Shown here: piece by piece, positions 44,519 to 58,594 of the stretch
Layout: each line of letters begins with the position of its first letter
How positions within the stretch are numbered: position 1 is the first letter of the stretch
Origin: Eledone cirrhosa
Taxonomy: Eukaryota
NCBI GenBank assembly: GCA_964016885.1
Contig: OZ024743.1
Span: 194,742,001-194,806,000, forward strand
Reading direction: 5' to 3'
Length of the DNA: 64,000 nucleotides
Program-made: the position numbers and the translations under genes
The notes under the pieces: model-generated
Database searches by the model: none
The model's input: the letters and a program-made list of their open reading frames with translations, nothing else
Told to the model about the DNA's origin: nothing

Positions 44519-45942
44519 GTTCATTGAGTCTCAGTCACTGATGTTATTTAACTGGAAAGTTTGATGAAATGAATATCAAGCCGCTACCTGCAGCCTCAGA
44601 TATTCAGGACGTATCGGAGGGTTCTTGCTGTTCCCAGCAAGCAGGCCTTTTGAAGTGTTCCAAAAAGCAGGGCTGGACTAATCTTCTTTAACCATCCTTG
44701 GAAACTCTTTGAGATAGTACCTAGCGCGCCTATGAGAATCGGGACGACCTTGACTACATGGCAGTTCCATTTCCGTTTTATCTCCCATTTTAAGTCCTGG
44801 TATCGGTTAATTTTCTCCCTCTCCCTTTCTTGCACTCTCGTGTCAAATGGGCAGGCTACATCTACAATCAGGCACGATCTTTTTTCCTTGTCCAAAACCA
44901 CCAGGTCAGGCCTATTGTGTTCCTGTTTCTTGTCCGTCTGTATCCTAAATTCCCATAGCACCTTCACCTGATAGTTTTCTATCAGAGACTCTGGCTTATG
45001 CTCATACCACTTCTCAGAATGTGTTAAATTGTTTAGTTTGCATAGATGCCAGTGGATCACCCTGCCTATCACGTAATGCCTCCAGCCTTTATAGTGAGTC
45101 TGGGCTAGGTGTTTACACTCGGATACAATGTGAGCCACAGTCTCCCCTCTCTCTACACAGATCCTACACAGTGAGCTAGCCTCCTCCTTGTAATAATGTG
45201 TTTCACCCACTTCGTTCCGAGGGTCTGCTCTTGCGCAGCCATTAGCATTCCTTCTTTAGCTTTTTTAAGGTTTCCCTTTTTTAACCAGATCCATATCTGT
45301 GGATCTCTAAATTCAGTTTTCCTAAAGAAGGTACTATGAAGGGATTTTCCATGAAGGTTGGCCTTCGTCCTTTTTTGTTATTTCCTCCTTGATAATCCCC
45401 AGATCTATTGTCTTCTCCTTCAGTACAATTTTGAGCATTGGCTCCTCCCTACTGTCAATCACGTACTTGTGCAGGTTGTTTTTCTCCATCTGAACACAGT
45501 CCTCTATGCTGATAAGACCTATTCCACCTTCAGATCTCTTTAAGTAGAGTCTATCGACATCATTCCGCTTCTGGAACATGTTGTAGATAGTCAACAGGTT
45601 CCTAGTCTTCCTATCCATTTCTTTTTGTTCAGCAACATTCCATCTCAGAATTCCCGCACTGTACCCAATAATAGACACAGTTCGGGAATTCACCACATTT
45701 ATGACATTCCTACTGTTCAGATCTGACTTTAATACGCTCCTTATTCTCCGAATGTATTCAGATCTTATCAATTCCTTCATTTTTTTGTTCTTGATGTCAT
45801 CTATCTCCAGAACACCTACATATTTGTATCCCTTCTCAGTGTCAATTTCCTTTATCATCTCACCTGTTGGTACCTGGATTCCGTTGCCTCTGCTCAATTT
45901 ACCCCTCTTTATAAACTAGGACTCTACACTTATTAATACCAA
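44519..45942 (-). mobile_element. 5'-truncated R4/Dong-clade non-LTR retrotransposon (RT C-terminus + CCHC + restriction-like endonuclease)
   Basis: YKYVGVLE...DVDRLYLKRSEGGIGL (45334-45897); CRICVERGETVAHIVSEC...RH...HNRPDLVV...IVDVACPFD...EKINRYQDL...VVPILIGALG (44596-45210). TAA repeats at both ends in element sense. Confidence 0.88.
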
Positions 45943-45972
45943 ATTATTATTATTATTATTATTATTATTATT

Positions 45973-48900
45973 GGCGCCTACGTAGTAAATCGTATCATCG
46001 TGCCCTCCGAAAAGGTTTATTATTTTCAGTTGTTTAAAATTGACATTTATGGAACATTTGTATTGTTAACTGTATATAACTGCACATACATTGATTTCTG
46101 AAAAGGACACTAAAAAATATTGGGGCCTTGAGCCCAAAATTTATACTTTTTATAATAATCAAACAAAACCTTTTCTTTGAAAAATCATGGACGACTCAGA
46201 GTCACTCATACCTCATAATCTAACACCTCACACCGACACCACCATTGTAAATATTACTACGTTTGCCAACACTAAAAATATAAGCAGTAGCAATATTTTA
46301 AATTTGTCTCAGGCAGACATTCATTTCCCGCCATTACCAATTACTGCAGGTGTTAAAGCCGCCACCCCCACCACCACCACCACAGCGACAACAGAAACAG
46401 AAGAAAAAAATAAATTAACTCGTGATATCGAAATGATTCATACACAGCATTAAATTTGAACAACAAGCAATTATTACACTACATCCAACACAACACCAGC
46501 ATCACAGAAAAAAGACTACACAACACCCCAAATGTTCACACCACCTCCTCACATACAAATCACTCGAATCACACAGAAAATGTACACGACACTAAAACAA
46601 CAACAACAAAAAGAAGTGAAAAGGATGGAGAAACCATCCTTCCTCTACGAGAAGTAAGGTAAGTGGTCTTTCCCATCTTTTCCACTCCATTTTAACATGA
46701 CCTCACTCAGAATAGGCAGCATAAATGCGCGTGGTTTGGGGTCGTCACGAAGGCAGGGCCACCTGCTCAACGGCCTCAGGTCACTAAACATAGGTGTTAT
46801 GGTCATCAGCGAGACCAGAATCTCCAAAGCACGGGCCTTCGCACCGATCTTCGGCGGCTACGATGTGTACGCATCTCCCAGCCGTCCTGGATCGGGGGGT
46901 GTTGCTTTTTCGGAGAGGTTTGGATCTCGCCATACGGGCCATCTTTCTGGACCCAGAAGGTAAGTTGGTGGTGCTGGACGTGACCAGTGGAGACTGGCAA
47001 GCTTTCAGGCTAGTGGCCGTCTATGCCCTGACAGGAGCAGGGCGGATGATTTCTTCCGGCGTCAGGACACCTTTCTTGGAGCGTCCCGCACTTTAGTGAT
47101 AGTGGGCGACTGGAACGGGATCTTAGATGCACGTTGGGACTGTGTGGGAGTAACGGATAGGGGAGGAGGGTGCAAGAACCTCACCAACCTGCTCAGGCGT
47201 TTTGAACTGTCTGACAGGTAGCGATTGGATTTCCCGAATGTGCCAATGTGGACTTGGACAAACCGTATCGGGTCATCCATATCATATCTAGATAAATTAT
47301 TTTGTAGGGAAATAGATAGGTCTAGCATAGGCTGTCCACAATTCAAGATAGTCAGCTACACGGACCATAAATTCATGATCTGTGTGCTTGACTTAGATAG
47401 GCCTCATAGACGAGAACCCGGCTACTAGAAGTTAAACGCGTCCTTACCAGCGCGCAAGGCCTACGGAGACTGGATTAGAGAACTAGTTAAGCGGGCGTTG
47501 ACGGGGGCCATCGTCAACCACAAGTGGTAGTTTGCTCTGAAAAGAGCGATTAAAATAGAGTCCATTAGGTTTAGTAAGGCCTCAGCTATAGAGAAACATA
47601 GAGCAGAGGGAGAACTAGTTAGAACATTAGACGAGGCGCTTAGCAAAGGGATCGCGACCGACGTACTTGCGGCGAAATTGGCCCTTGACCAATTCCTCAA
47701 TGTAAAGCACGAAGGCTGCGTTGTCAGAGCTAGCGTGCGTGCTCTCAGACACGAGGGGACGAAAGCCGTTCAATGGGCCCGAGTGGCGGAGGCGTGTCTT
47801 GGCAACAAAGCCACGATCCGGTCTTTGGTGGACCACGACGGGCGCATGCTACTCGATCCCGGGCAAATATGTGAAGCTTCTCAGCGACACTTCGCTCAGC
47901 TGTACGGGCGCAGCGGCGGGCCGGATCGAGGGATGAACTTTAGTGTCTACCTCGACGGACTGCAGCGGCTCTCGACCACTGAGGCGGAGAGTTGCGAAAA
48001 GCCGATAACAGCCGCTGAAGTACGGGAGGCAATGACTGGCTGCATAAGGGTTAAATTGCCTGGTTTGGATGGTCTGCTCTATGAACTTTACGTACAAATG
48101 CCAGACTTGTTCGGGGACCTCTTGGCGGACGTCCACTGCAACCGGCAACAGGACGGGAGAATTCCCAGCTCTGTGAGCCGAGGTGCTGTGGGGCTGCTGA
48201 GAAAGGATACGAACAAGGGGGTTAACATAGATAATTTCAGGCCCATATCTCTGCTAAACACAGAGTTCAAGATTTTTGCCAAGGTGCTAGCAAAGAGGTT
48301 GGCGCTTGTCGTTGGTGGTCTGGTGGGAGAGGCGCAGATGTACGCCATTCCCGACAGATCCATTACGACAACCTCCACATCATGCGATACATAATAGAGA
48401 GAGTAGCTAGGCAACCTGGCACGTGTGTGTCCTTGAACAATTTATAACAATTCTTCAGCTCTCGATAGGGTCGACTATCGTTACCTAGCAGAAGTACCGA
48501 GGGCGGCTGGCTTTGGGCTCGTCTTCAGAGCCTGGATCACTGCCATGCACAGCGACATCTGCTCTGTGGTGAGAGTGAACGGTCACCTTTCGGTACCGTT
48601 CAACATCATGCGCTCTCGTCCCTCTTATACGTATTGACTCTCGAGCTATTACTGCACAAACTCGAAACGTTGAGGGGGGTCCCGCGCGAAATAGGATGCG
48701 GAAGATCCGTGTCAGCATATGCGGACGATGTCACCGTAGTGGTGTTGAACGCCAATTCGAGGCGATCGCCACTACACCAACAGAATACGAAGCGCTAACA
48801 GGAGCAATGATCAACCAGGAAAAGTCAGTGGGCCTGCAGCTCGACACCTGGAGAAGCAGGTCCATGCCGTCCAACAGCGTCGTCGGGCGCTGGACGGACG

Positions 48901-49850
48901 GACCGGTTAAATTGCTAGGGGTCTGGTTCATCCGGACCTCGAGACGGATAAAAACTGGGACGAGGTGACGAACAGGGTGGCTTCTCTCGCCCAGAAACGG
49001 GCGGAGAGGAAGCTATCCCTGAAAGGTCGAGCAGAGGTGGCTAACGCGTACATCGCATCCATCATCTACTACCACCTGACCGTCGTACCTTGTCCTAAGC
49101 CCCACCTGACTGCGCTGGAGCGTTTGCTCTTTCGCTTTTTGTGGAACAGACGCGCTCCGATGGTCAGGCGGTCCATCTGCTGTCAACACCCGCTACGTGG
49201 AGGGCTGGGATTGCCGTGGCTGATGATGTGCAGACACGCGCTCAGGCTACGACATCTCCACCTCTTCCTCGACGGTGATCAGGTGTGGTCGCCGTTTGCT
49301 AGACCTGTCTTTCCCCAGCTCGTCTCCTTGACGGAGCTGCAGTCCTGGGTCAAGCGAAGACCGAGAGGGAGCGCTTGGAGACTGGAATGTCTTCAGGCGC
49401 TCACAGCCCTCGACCAATCGGGCAATGTGATCGGTAGAAACTCCACCTTGGCGTTCTATAGAGGATTAGTGGTGTCGAAGAGCGACGACGTACTTGGAGA
49501 AACTCTAGGCGTCGACGAAAATCAACTAGCCAATCTCTTCGGAAGAACTTTCGGGCCGGGGCCTATGGACAGCTTCCAGAAATCCCTGGCCTGGCAGTGC
49601 TACCGAGGAGTGGGCCTACTCAGAGTATGTGTCTGTAAATTAAAGGTGGCAAACTGGGAGAGGGCACTTGCCCTGGTGGTCAGGGTCACTTTGGCCTTTT
49701 AATGGGCTTTCTCCAACAATGTCCCTCGGAAGTCTCCCCCCCTTATTGGGGAATTTTTCATTGTTATTTTTTTGTTACATCCTCTGATTTTGTTTTTTTT
49801 ACACGCGGAAATGCCCATTTGTACCGTCCTGTATTGTCCTGTACTGTCCT
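45973..49850 (+). mobile_element. Second Tx1-like LINE copy, internally deleted
   Basis: Same 5' end (ggcgcctacgtagtaaatcgtatc) after (TTA)n. About 1.4 kb of ORF1 is deleted at ~46434 and the CCHC region at ~49610. The last ~43 nt are replaced by a SINE. Confidence 0.92.
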
Positions 49851-49854
49851 GGAT

Positions 49855-50102
49855 TGGCTGTGGATTGGAAGTATCGGTAGAGCATCGGACAACATTATTT
49901 TTGGCATAGAATTATGGCCCTTTACTTTTCTTCCTAATTGGCACGATAATATAATTATACCAGTCACGCACTGGAGTCGATTTAATCCACTTTCTCCTTT
50001 CCCAAATTTGCTGGCCTTGTGCCTCAATCAGAAATCATTAAAGTACCAGTAATGCACTGTTTAATTGCTGGCCTTGTGCCAAAAGTAGAAACAATTATTA
50101 CT
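49855..50102 (+). mobile_element. Nin-domain SINE fragments
   Basis: gtggattggaagtatcggtagag ... ggccttgtgccaaaagtagaaacaattatta. Confidence 0.7.
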
Positions 50103-50643
50103 ATAGGCAAAAATCTCTACGAGTTCATTAATGCTTCTTTAAATCACATCTATTCTCAGGAATATTTCTTGAATATTATCGATTTTACAATTCAAGCATT
50201 GGTATTTTAGCCTATTAAAATTAGAAAAATTAATCTGAATTTTGTGATCAATCAAATCTTCTGGAAAGTCTTCTACTACATTAAGTTTTATAAAATAAAT
50301 TATTTTTCAGATATACTAATCTGCAACGTAATGGGGTTGCCTCTGCACGGAGATGAATATAATTTTACTAAAATATGACATGTATATAAGTATTTCTTTT
50401 AGTTATCCAATGCGCTTTGATAATTAAATTTCGAGAGAAGAAATTTTCGGAAGAATATTTAATTATGAAGCTTAGTTCTATAGAAGGGATGCCTTGAGAG
50501 GAATGGTAGACCGTTACAATACACATATATATATATACATGTATATACGAAATATATACATATATTTATATGTAAAATGAAGAATAGTATTCTTTTAAAG
50601 AACGTACGGAAAGGAAAACTAAAGAAATGTACTCAATATATCG

Positions 50644-50839
50644 CAGGCCTGCCAACATCTAAAAACCCAAACTGGGAGTACCATGACCAAGGGTAACGCA
50701 AAACGGGAAGAAATGAGGCAACATGGGAAGATTTTACATAATGAAAGCTATACTCATTTTCACGGGAGAAGACTTCTCTCTCCCATGGCTAAGTTGGCAG
50801 GAGCTCTCCCCCGTCGGACGGAGAGTGTTGACAGGTCTG
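50644..50839. mobile_element. MITE-like non-autonomous DNA transposon
   Basis: Imperfect TIRs caggcctgccaac / gttgacaggtctg; a homologous copy lies at 62747-62948. Confidence 0.65.
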
Positions 50840-50987
50840 ATATCGGGTTTTCTTCCGATTTTATCACCGAATGAAAGTACTAGTTTTTGTAGCCAATTCG
50901 AAATTAAATAAAATTAAACACACTCACACACACACATACACAGACCCAGGCACGCACACACACACAGACATACGCACACACACACAC

Positions 50988-51057
<70 letters not shown>

Positions 51058-51671
51058 TCGTTTTCGTCCCCTTATATTTTCAAATCTTTCTAAGCTGTAT
51101 AAATTATCCTTCTTAGCCATTATCGAAATGAAAGAAAGTAATGTCATAGTAATATTTAAAGTGTAAAACAAATAAGCTATAAATATCTTTAAGTTAAGTA
51201 GTAATAATTATTCTATTCAGAAAACATGAACAGTTTGCTATATCTTGATGTAATACAGAAATTTCCTATCATATGAAAAATTAAATTTAATAAAACTGTT
51301 CGTTGTTTTCCTCTGTAATTTATTGAATCTTTAAATATTAACACAGCAGTTTTATAGTAAAGAAGCTTTGTCTACAATTCAGAGTGTATTGGAATTCATT
51401 ATTATTTGTATAAATTAATTGCTACCTGAGTATTGGTTGGGGTGGCTGGTACATTAATCAATATAAACTCTTGAAATGTGTTATATAGATTTCGATTTTA
51501 GGCACAGGGCCAAATTTAGGTGAAGAGCAAAATTGTTTAAATCAATCACAGTTCTTGATTTTTACTTTATTTCATCGATCCCTGAAGGACAAAAGCAAAG
51601 CTTATCTTGGTGAAATTTGAATTCAGAATGTAATGAGGCAGAACAAATAGCGCAATGGCATTGTTTCTCCA

Positions 51672-52200
51672 TTCTTCTTCTTCTTCTTCTTCTTCTTCTT
51701 CTTCTTCTTCTTCTTCTTCTTCTTCTTCTTCTTCTTCTTCTTCTTCTTCCTGACAGGGTCGTTGGGGCGCAGTCCTCAAACACTTCTTCCCGCGGGTCCT
51801 GTAAGAAGTAACCATCTCGAAATGATCTAACTGGATCCCCAAGTGAGACCAGCCGAGCTTATGGATGTTTTCCAACCATCTTGCTCGGATATACTCCAGG
51901 GTCTCCTGTCGGTTGATTTTGCTCTTAAAATCCAACGAGTGTGTCCTGACACAGTCTAACCACATGTTCTTAGCATCGGAGATGTGATCTCTCAATTTGG
52001 AGAAGTAGCGGCTCTATCTGGTGTGACTCTGATATCTGAGCTGTGCATATTGTCGAGTAACGTTACTGGAAAGATCCTTCGGATGGACCCCCGTTTCGGC
52101 TGCTTGTATTCGCGATCATATTCTCTCGGTCATTACCCAAGATAACCATAGGTAAGAGTTGTCTCGAATACCGAATAGAAGATAGCGAAATTCTGCAAAT
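51672..52200 (-). mobile_element. RTE-type LINE 3' fragment with (GAA)n tail
   Basis: (TTC)n at 51672-51749 followed by sequence homologous to 43289-43680. Confidence 0.65.
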
Positions 52201-52619
52201 CTGCTAACCTCCTTGAAATATTTGATACGGAAGTGTCTTTTGTGACAGTCAGCGAGATTCTTCTAATATGATAATAAACTATACAGCTTTTAAATATTTT
52301 GACCTTGTTGAGTTCTAAATATGAAGCTGATTAGAAGATAAGAAGATTTCTAAATGCCAACGCCACGCACATGATAATCCTAAAATATTATACTAATTAT
52401 AAATATTTACTTGAAATATTTATCCAATGATGGCTAGTGAAGCTGAATAATAATTTCTATTTTAGGCACAAGGTTAAGAATTCATAGGGAGAGGATTGAC
52501 GATTATATGGAACGGACTACATGGCTGGTAGTTTAGTATATGTACCTCGGAAAGATGAAAGTTAACGTTAACCTAAGTGGGAGTGGAACTAGGAACTTAA
52601 TGATTCATAACTAAATAAT

Positions 52620-52835
52620 TGTTTCTTATATAGGCACAATACCATGAATTTTTTTTTGGGGGAAAGTCGATTAAATCGACTCCAGTGCGTAACTGGTACT
52701 TTATTTTATCGAACCCGTAAGGATGAAAGGCAAAGTTAACCTCGGCGGGATTTGAACTCAGATCATAAAGGACCGTAACTCTATACTGCAAAGCTTGGCG
52801 TCCAGCCCTCTACCGATACTGCCAATACACCGCTC
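52620..52835 (-). mobile_element. Nin-domain SINE (well preserved)
   Basis: Reverse complement of the consensus; degenerate neighbours at 52455-52595 and 52920-53010. Confidence 0.8.
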
Positions 52836-53029
52836 TTGATTCATAACTAAATAATACGAAGTATTTTTCCAGAGCTCTAATGATTCTCCCTATATACCAC
52901 TCTTAATTTTTAACTTTAGGCATACAATTTGGGTGCAATTTGTAAGAAAGCGAAAAGTCAATTAGATCGAACGCAGAAAGATGAAAGGCAAAGTTGACAA
53001 CGAGATCATAAAGCATGGCTTAAAGATCG

Positions 53030-53390
53030 CAGGCTTCCCTTACCAGCTCACCGGACCGAGGAGACGGCAATAGGCCAGACGTCATAATAATCTTCCAGCT
53101 CCGCGGATGTAGGCTCCTCAGTTGAGATGCTACATGTTTTGACACCTCTTATAGCAGCAACCTGGTGCGTTTGGCTACCAGCCCAAGCGTCGCTGCTCGC
53201 CTGGCAAAGTTTCTGACGCCCTCTGATAGATTTGTGGTTGAGCCTGTGGCAGTGGAGACCTACTGCATTATTAGGTTTAGGACCACATACCTGCCCAGTG
53301 CTTTCAGAGCGGAGTTCGACGCCAGCAGGTGTGAGGCTCGTGCAGTGGAGTGGCCGTTCCAGCGCGTTACCCACACCATCCTGTGACCAG
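53030..53390 (+). mobile_element. CRE/NeSL-type RLE retrotransposon C-terminal fragment
   Basis: RPDVIIIFQLRGCRLLS*DATCFDT...RFVVEPVAVET...EWPFQRVTHTI matches the RPDG...WDAT..DT...PVAVET...WLFQRIS.AI pattern. Confidence 0.65.
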
Positions 53391-55831
53391 GAGGCAGACT
53401 GAATCTTGTCTTAATTATGCTGGTGACATGTGGATTTGATTCACTTGCATAATCATGAATAGTAAGAAAGTGAAATCATTCAAACACAAATAGATAAATA
53501 TAATTTTTTTATCTTCGAAAAAAAAAAAACTAGACCAAGAATTTTAATTAGCATACAGCACTTTGTTTTCTTTTATCCTTTTTAACTATTAATTCAAGTC
53601 TTTTGAGATAAACCTGCCTGAAACTGCCTTTGGTGCCGATATGAATCCTTTAATTTTAATGTGTTCATTAATATTGCTTATCATTAACCGTTCTTTCTTC
53701 CTTGTTGGTCTTTTGGCTGAACACTAGATTAAGAATCTATTCAACTAATATAAAACATGTATACCCGGACGTCATTTTTAATCACTCCATGAAATGAATC
53801 TTAAAGAATTTACTCAGGGTCAAATCTTTGAACTGGAAGCAAATTTCGATGAATTTCTTATATGGCACACACTTTAGTAGCATCTTACAAAATATAGACA
53901 GCCAGTTGTGTTTAGTATACGCTTTTAATGTTGGTATTCATTTGAGGTTTTGCTTCGCTCGCATGCCTGTTGGCGAAAGTGCGAATTATATATGGAGGTG
54001 GTGAATATGAGCTCAGAATCAAATGCACTAGTACACGACATCGCACCCGACGTTCTAACTATTCCGCCAATTCACCGATATATATATGAGTACTCGGCTA
54101 TTTAATTGCCTTATATGTATTTGTGAAACTTGATAGAGGAATAGAATGTCTATAAGGAATAGTGGCTTATTTTGCCTCCAGATGAATCTCGCAATTAAGA
54201 TTGTTTTACTGAAATATATCGCTATAAATATGTATAACTCTTGCATATTTAGAAAGTTCCAAGGTATTACGCTGCACCATTTATACATAACTTTCATCTT
54301 GCGAAAACTATTTGTCCATGCAAACTATTTGATATTTAACTTAATGAAATCTATTTATTCTCTTAGAATATATTCGAATTTCGTGATGAAACTTGATCAA
54401 GCGACATTAAAAACTAATTCTACTACAACCACATTTCTTTAAGTGATTATGAAATTGATCAAAGATTCCTTTGGAAGAATGGTGTATTTGTTAAGAATGT
54501 TATTTACTTCGTACGATTGAAATGGATTGCTGCCTAAATTTCATGGAAGCATTCACATCAACTGCTATTATAATCTGCTCGTGTTTGATATCGATGCAAC
54601 ATTTAAAGTCTCCATTTACATATATTGCCTGCGGCAGCATTTCAATATATAAAAAGAGAAGTTTCATAAGAAGATCTTATCGTTCCTAATGATCTCAAAA
54701 GTAGATATTTGCCGTTAAAGTTTTCTATGACATTATTTTAGAACGAATAGTCATAAATTCAGTTCCACTTGCAAAACATATCAATTGAATAGACGTCTCC
54801 ATTCTTGATGTGAAGATGATGATTTAAGAATACGGAGTGTAGTACATTTTGATATGTTAATTTTGTAATAACGTGATTGATTAGGAAGTTGAGTGTCGCC
54901 CGTGGCCAAACGTATGACTATTTTTGCATTACAGACTTTTCGACGGTGAATATAATCGATGGACGAACATTTTCTGATGCAGCTCTTGGCATCCATGTTC
55001 TATTTTAAGCTTTTCCATCGTGTATTCCGACAATTAGCTGCAAACCACAGACAAAATAAGGACAGTTGCAACGCTAATGCACTACTTCAAAAGTAAAACA
55101 GCTAGAAGTTGCGATTATAAAATAATGGACGATTTAGATAAAAGTCAACCATAAACTTGCTATCAATATATTAAAGTCATTGCTCTACCAACTGATTTTC
55201 TAAAGTTATTTGCCTACTTTTATTTATTTCGATTATTGTAGATTTGGATTTCAGCCAGAATACCGAAGGTTTTGTGCAATAGACAATGAAGTTAATAAAT
55301 AACTGACAGTGGCTAAATGATTCTTTTTCAAGCGATCAATTTAGCAACAAATAAAAAGAAAAAAATATCCAATAATGTAGATATATATAGTATATTCCAA
55401 TATGGGATTTGATTTAAGAAACTTCTTTTATCGCTTTAAATCCATAGCTACATTAACCTCTTGATATTACCCTATGAACAAAAAATGTTTTACAAGATGC
55501 TTCAATGTTTGACATAATTTGATTGCTGCTCATAATCTCAATGGATTGATCTTTGCAATATATGTGATAAAAAATAAGAAAAAAGTTTAAGTTGCAAGTA
55601 TTTCTTTTAATATACTTAAGGAGATTAATTTAGAGTAATATATTGATTGCTACCAGGATATTTACTATTCTTTATATATCTATTTGTACTAGTACTGCTG
55701 GGATAAGACGGCTGAACATTTTCGTATTTGTATTTGACCCTAAATATCTCCTTTATACCCTATGGAATAATGTGGAACAAATATATCCAAAGAATCGGCA
55801 TTCGGTTAAGATACAGCAGCAACAACAAAAG

Positions 55832-55882
<51 letters not shown>

Positions 55883-56649
55883 ATAATAATAATAATAATA
55901 ATAATATTAAAGTGGATGGGAGTGACTTGGATTTGGGATCTACTACTAATATTACTTTAAAAATAAATATGAGGCCACACATTTCTCTGTGGCGGGTACT
56001 TCTCCGATTCAATCTTATAGATCTCAAATAGAAGAAAGATTAAGTGAACTTTGAATGTAGACATACAAATACTTTATTTGGTTGCGATTTCTGTAGCAAG
56101 CGGCGCATTCTTTACTTAAGTAAGAAATATTGTTTCTTATTGCCCCAGTTCAGTTAGTTGGGTAAAATTGAGTTGTAACGTTAATGAAACCCAATTTATC
56201 GGCCATTGACTTTTCCTTGGACAACATCGGTTGCTTGGAAAAGAATTAATCTAAAGCATACACAACTACTGATCTTCCACAAAATCAACTTACCCGGGCT
56301 TGTGCCGCGGCAAGTAACTTTCTATATTCCAATTTATAGTCAGATATTAAAAAGGGGGGACATACTCATCATCGTCTATACTGATTCTCTGTACAAAATA
56401 CCCAAATAAATTAATAATCACTAATTAATTATTACACGTCATACAACATATACTCTATGGTTTGAGACAACGAAATTTCTATCAGGTTTTTGGCCCGTCT
56501 GCGGCTACCGTGTAGCAAATTCATTCAGGAATTACCTAATTCGCCTTCGAAATACTGAAACCTACATCAATATCTACGTTTATACAATTATACAATGTTA
56601 GTAGAGGACGTTCTCCCACGAATTTACAACTCTTAAATTGTTGTAAAAC

Positions 56650-56697
<48 letters not shown>

Positions 56698-56701
<4 letters not shown>

Positions 56702-56815
56702 CAAAGAAGGTGTGGTAAGATACCAGGGTACTCGATATAGTAGAGTTGGTAATATGACGGGGTCTAGCTGTCGAAACGGTCGGAGCTCAGCCGTCGGGGT
56801 CCTGACTCTTTTCAT
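56698..56815. mobile_element. Diverged short remnant of the 27326-28521 hammerhead element in (TA)n
   Basis: tagctgtcGAAACggtcggagctcagccGTCggggtcc, preceded by the element tail in inverted orientation. Confidence 0.6.
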
Positions 56816-58494
56816 ATATATATATATATATATTTATAGGCTGGTAGGTGTCGCATATTATTAGATAGATTCAAAGAGTAAAATAAATTAGCACCTTAGA
56901 TATCGAATAGTTAGGCAAGAACGTCCTACAGAATCAATATCATCATAGAACTAGAAATATAGCTGCCTTTTTTTTTTATTTGAAAAATCTTACTTAACAC
57001 TCAAAGTTTAGCAACCAACTATGTATCGATTCTTCTATCCTCTATCTAAATTTAATTGCTTTTATGCATGGCTGTACTGGTATTTCGTAAAAAAAGATGA
57101 CAGTCAACATAAAATAAGTGAGACTTTAGTAACTGCTGATTATCGTGATTGTTAATATGAATGATAGTCCCACTGTATACTCGAAATATCGATATGTTTA
57201 TATGGCAACATTATATGCTAAATTAAACAGATATCCAATTAAGATAAACAGCCAACACAGTGAAACGAATGGAACATTGTTTTCATCATTAAATGGAAAT
57301 GCCTATTTTTTTTATCAAATAAATTGCTGTTTTATCGTAAATTCTATTTTACAAATCTTTTTTGGGGAAAAATTATAGCTGAAAATCTGTTGGCTGATAC
57401 TAAAAACAGAAAGTTACGTTACGAGATAAGAAACATTTGAACTGTAGCTATGCTTTGTTTATTGCGCAAACTAAAAAAAATAATATGGAAGTGTTTGTGA
57501 TGAATGCAAATCGGATACGGCGCCTAAAATTAAGTGTTTATTGGTAATATGAAAATAACATAGCCATCAGCTAATATGCAATTCAGATTTGTCAAATTTA
57601 AATAAGTAAACTGCAAAAAAAAAAAAATTAATAACTTATTCAAGCCATCGAATGATATTGAACTAGTTTAGAGAACGAAATCATATGTAAGATAAAAACA
57701 AAATTCTCTGACAGTAACGACATCAGCTGAATCTCTGTATAATGATTACTCATACATTTATTGGATTTTAGTCTTTTTCATGCATTATTTACTCCCTACG
57801 TTCACAGTTGTGGAGATATAATATTGAACGATAGCAGACACTGAAACTATGAATCGCTAGAAATTATATCATAATTCTGAAGGGTTTTAGTTACTTCGAA
57901 TTTTACAGCTTCATAAAATCTAGATATTTACAAAAATCAATACGTAGATTACTTCTCAATAGAGTAGATGAATATAGTTTCCTTTGGTAACTTTAGGCTA
58001 AAGTTATAAGGGATGGGTTTTATAGCAGCGATTAATATTTGTAACATGTGATATCGCTAAATATATCAAGAAATATTTAAAAAAATATTTCCTGCAAAAT
58101 ATTTTTGTAGTTAACTAGAAACAGAGAATTTCGACGCCTTGTTGCACAGTTTGCCTGGCACTTTATTCTTTTTCGTTTTTGATTTATCCAAAATAGAATG
58201 TAGATTTCCAGCTAGTATACTATTTAGACTTATTTTATTATTTAAACATAATATGCACTCAGAAACATATTTGTTCCTGCGGCTGTTCTTGATTTAAGGT
58301 GTGAATTCACATTCTAATATACCACTCCTTCAGTGGAAAACACACCATTACAAACCAATATTTTCTATTTCTTGATTCCAGCAACTTCCTCCTGGAGCAT
58401 TAAGATTTCGAAAATTACTAAATGTTATTAAGAACCTCTTAAATAATATTGTGTAACAGCATAGAAATAATGTTCGTGTTTATGTATATATGTG

Positions 58495-58594
<100 letters not shown>

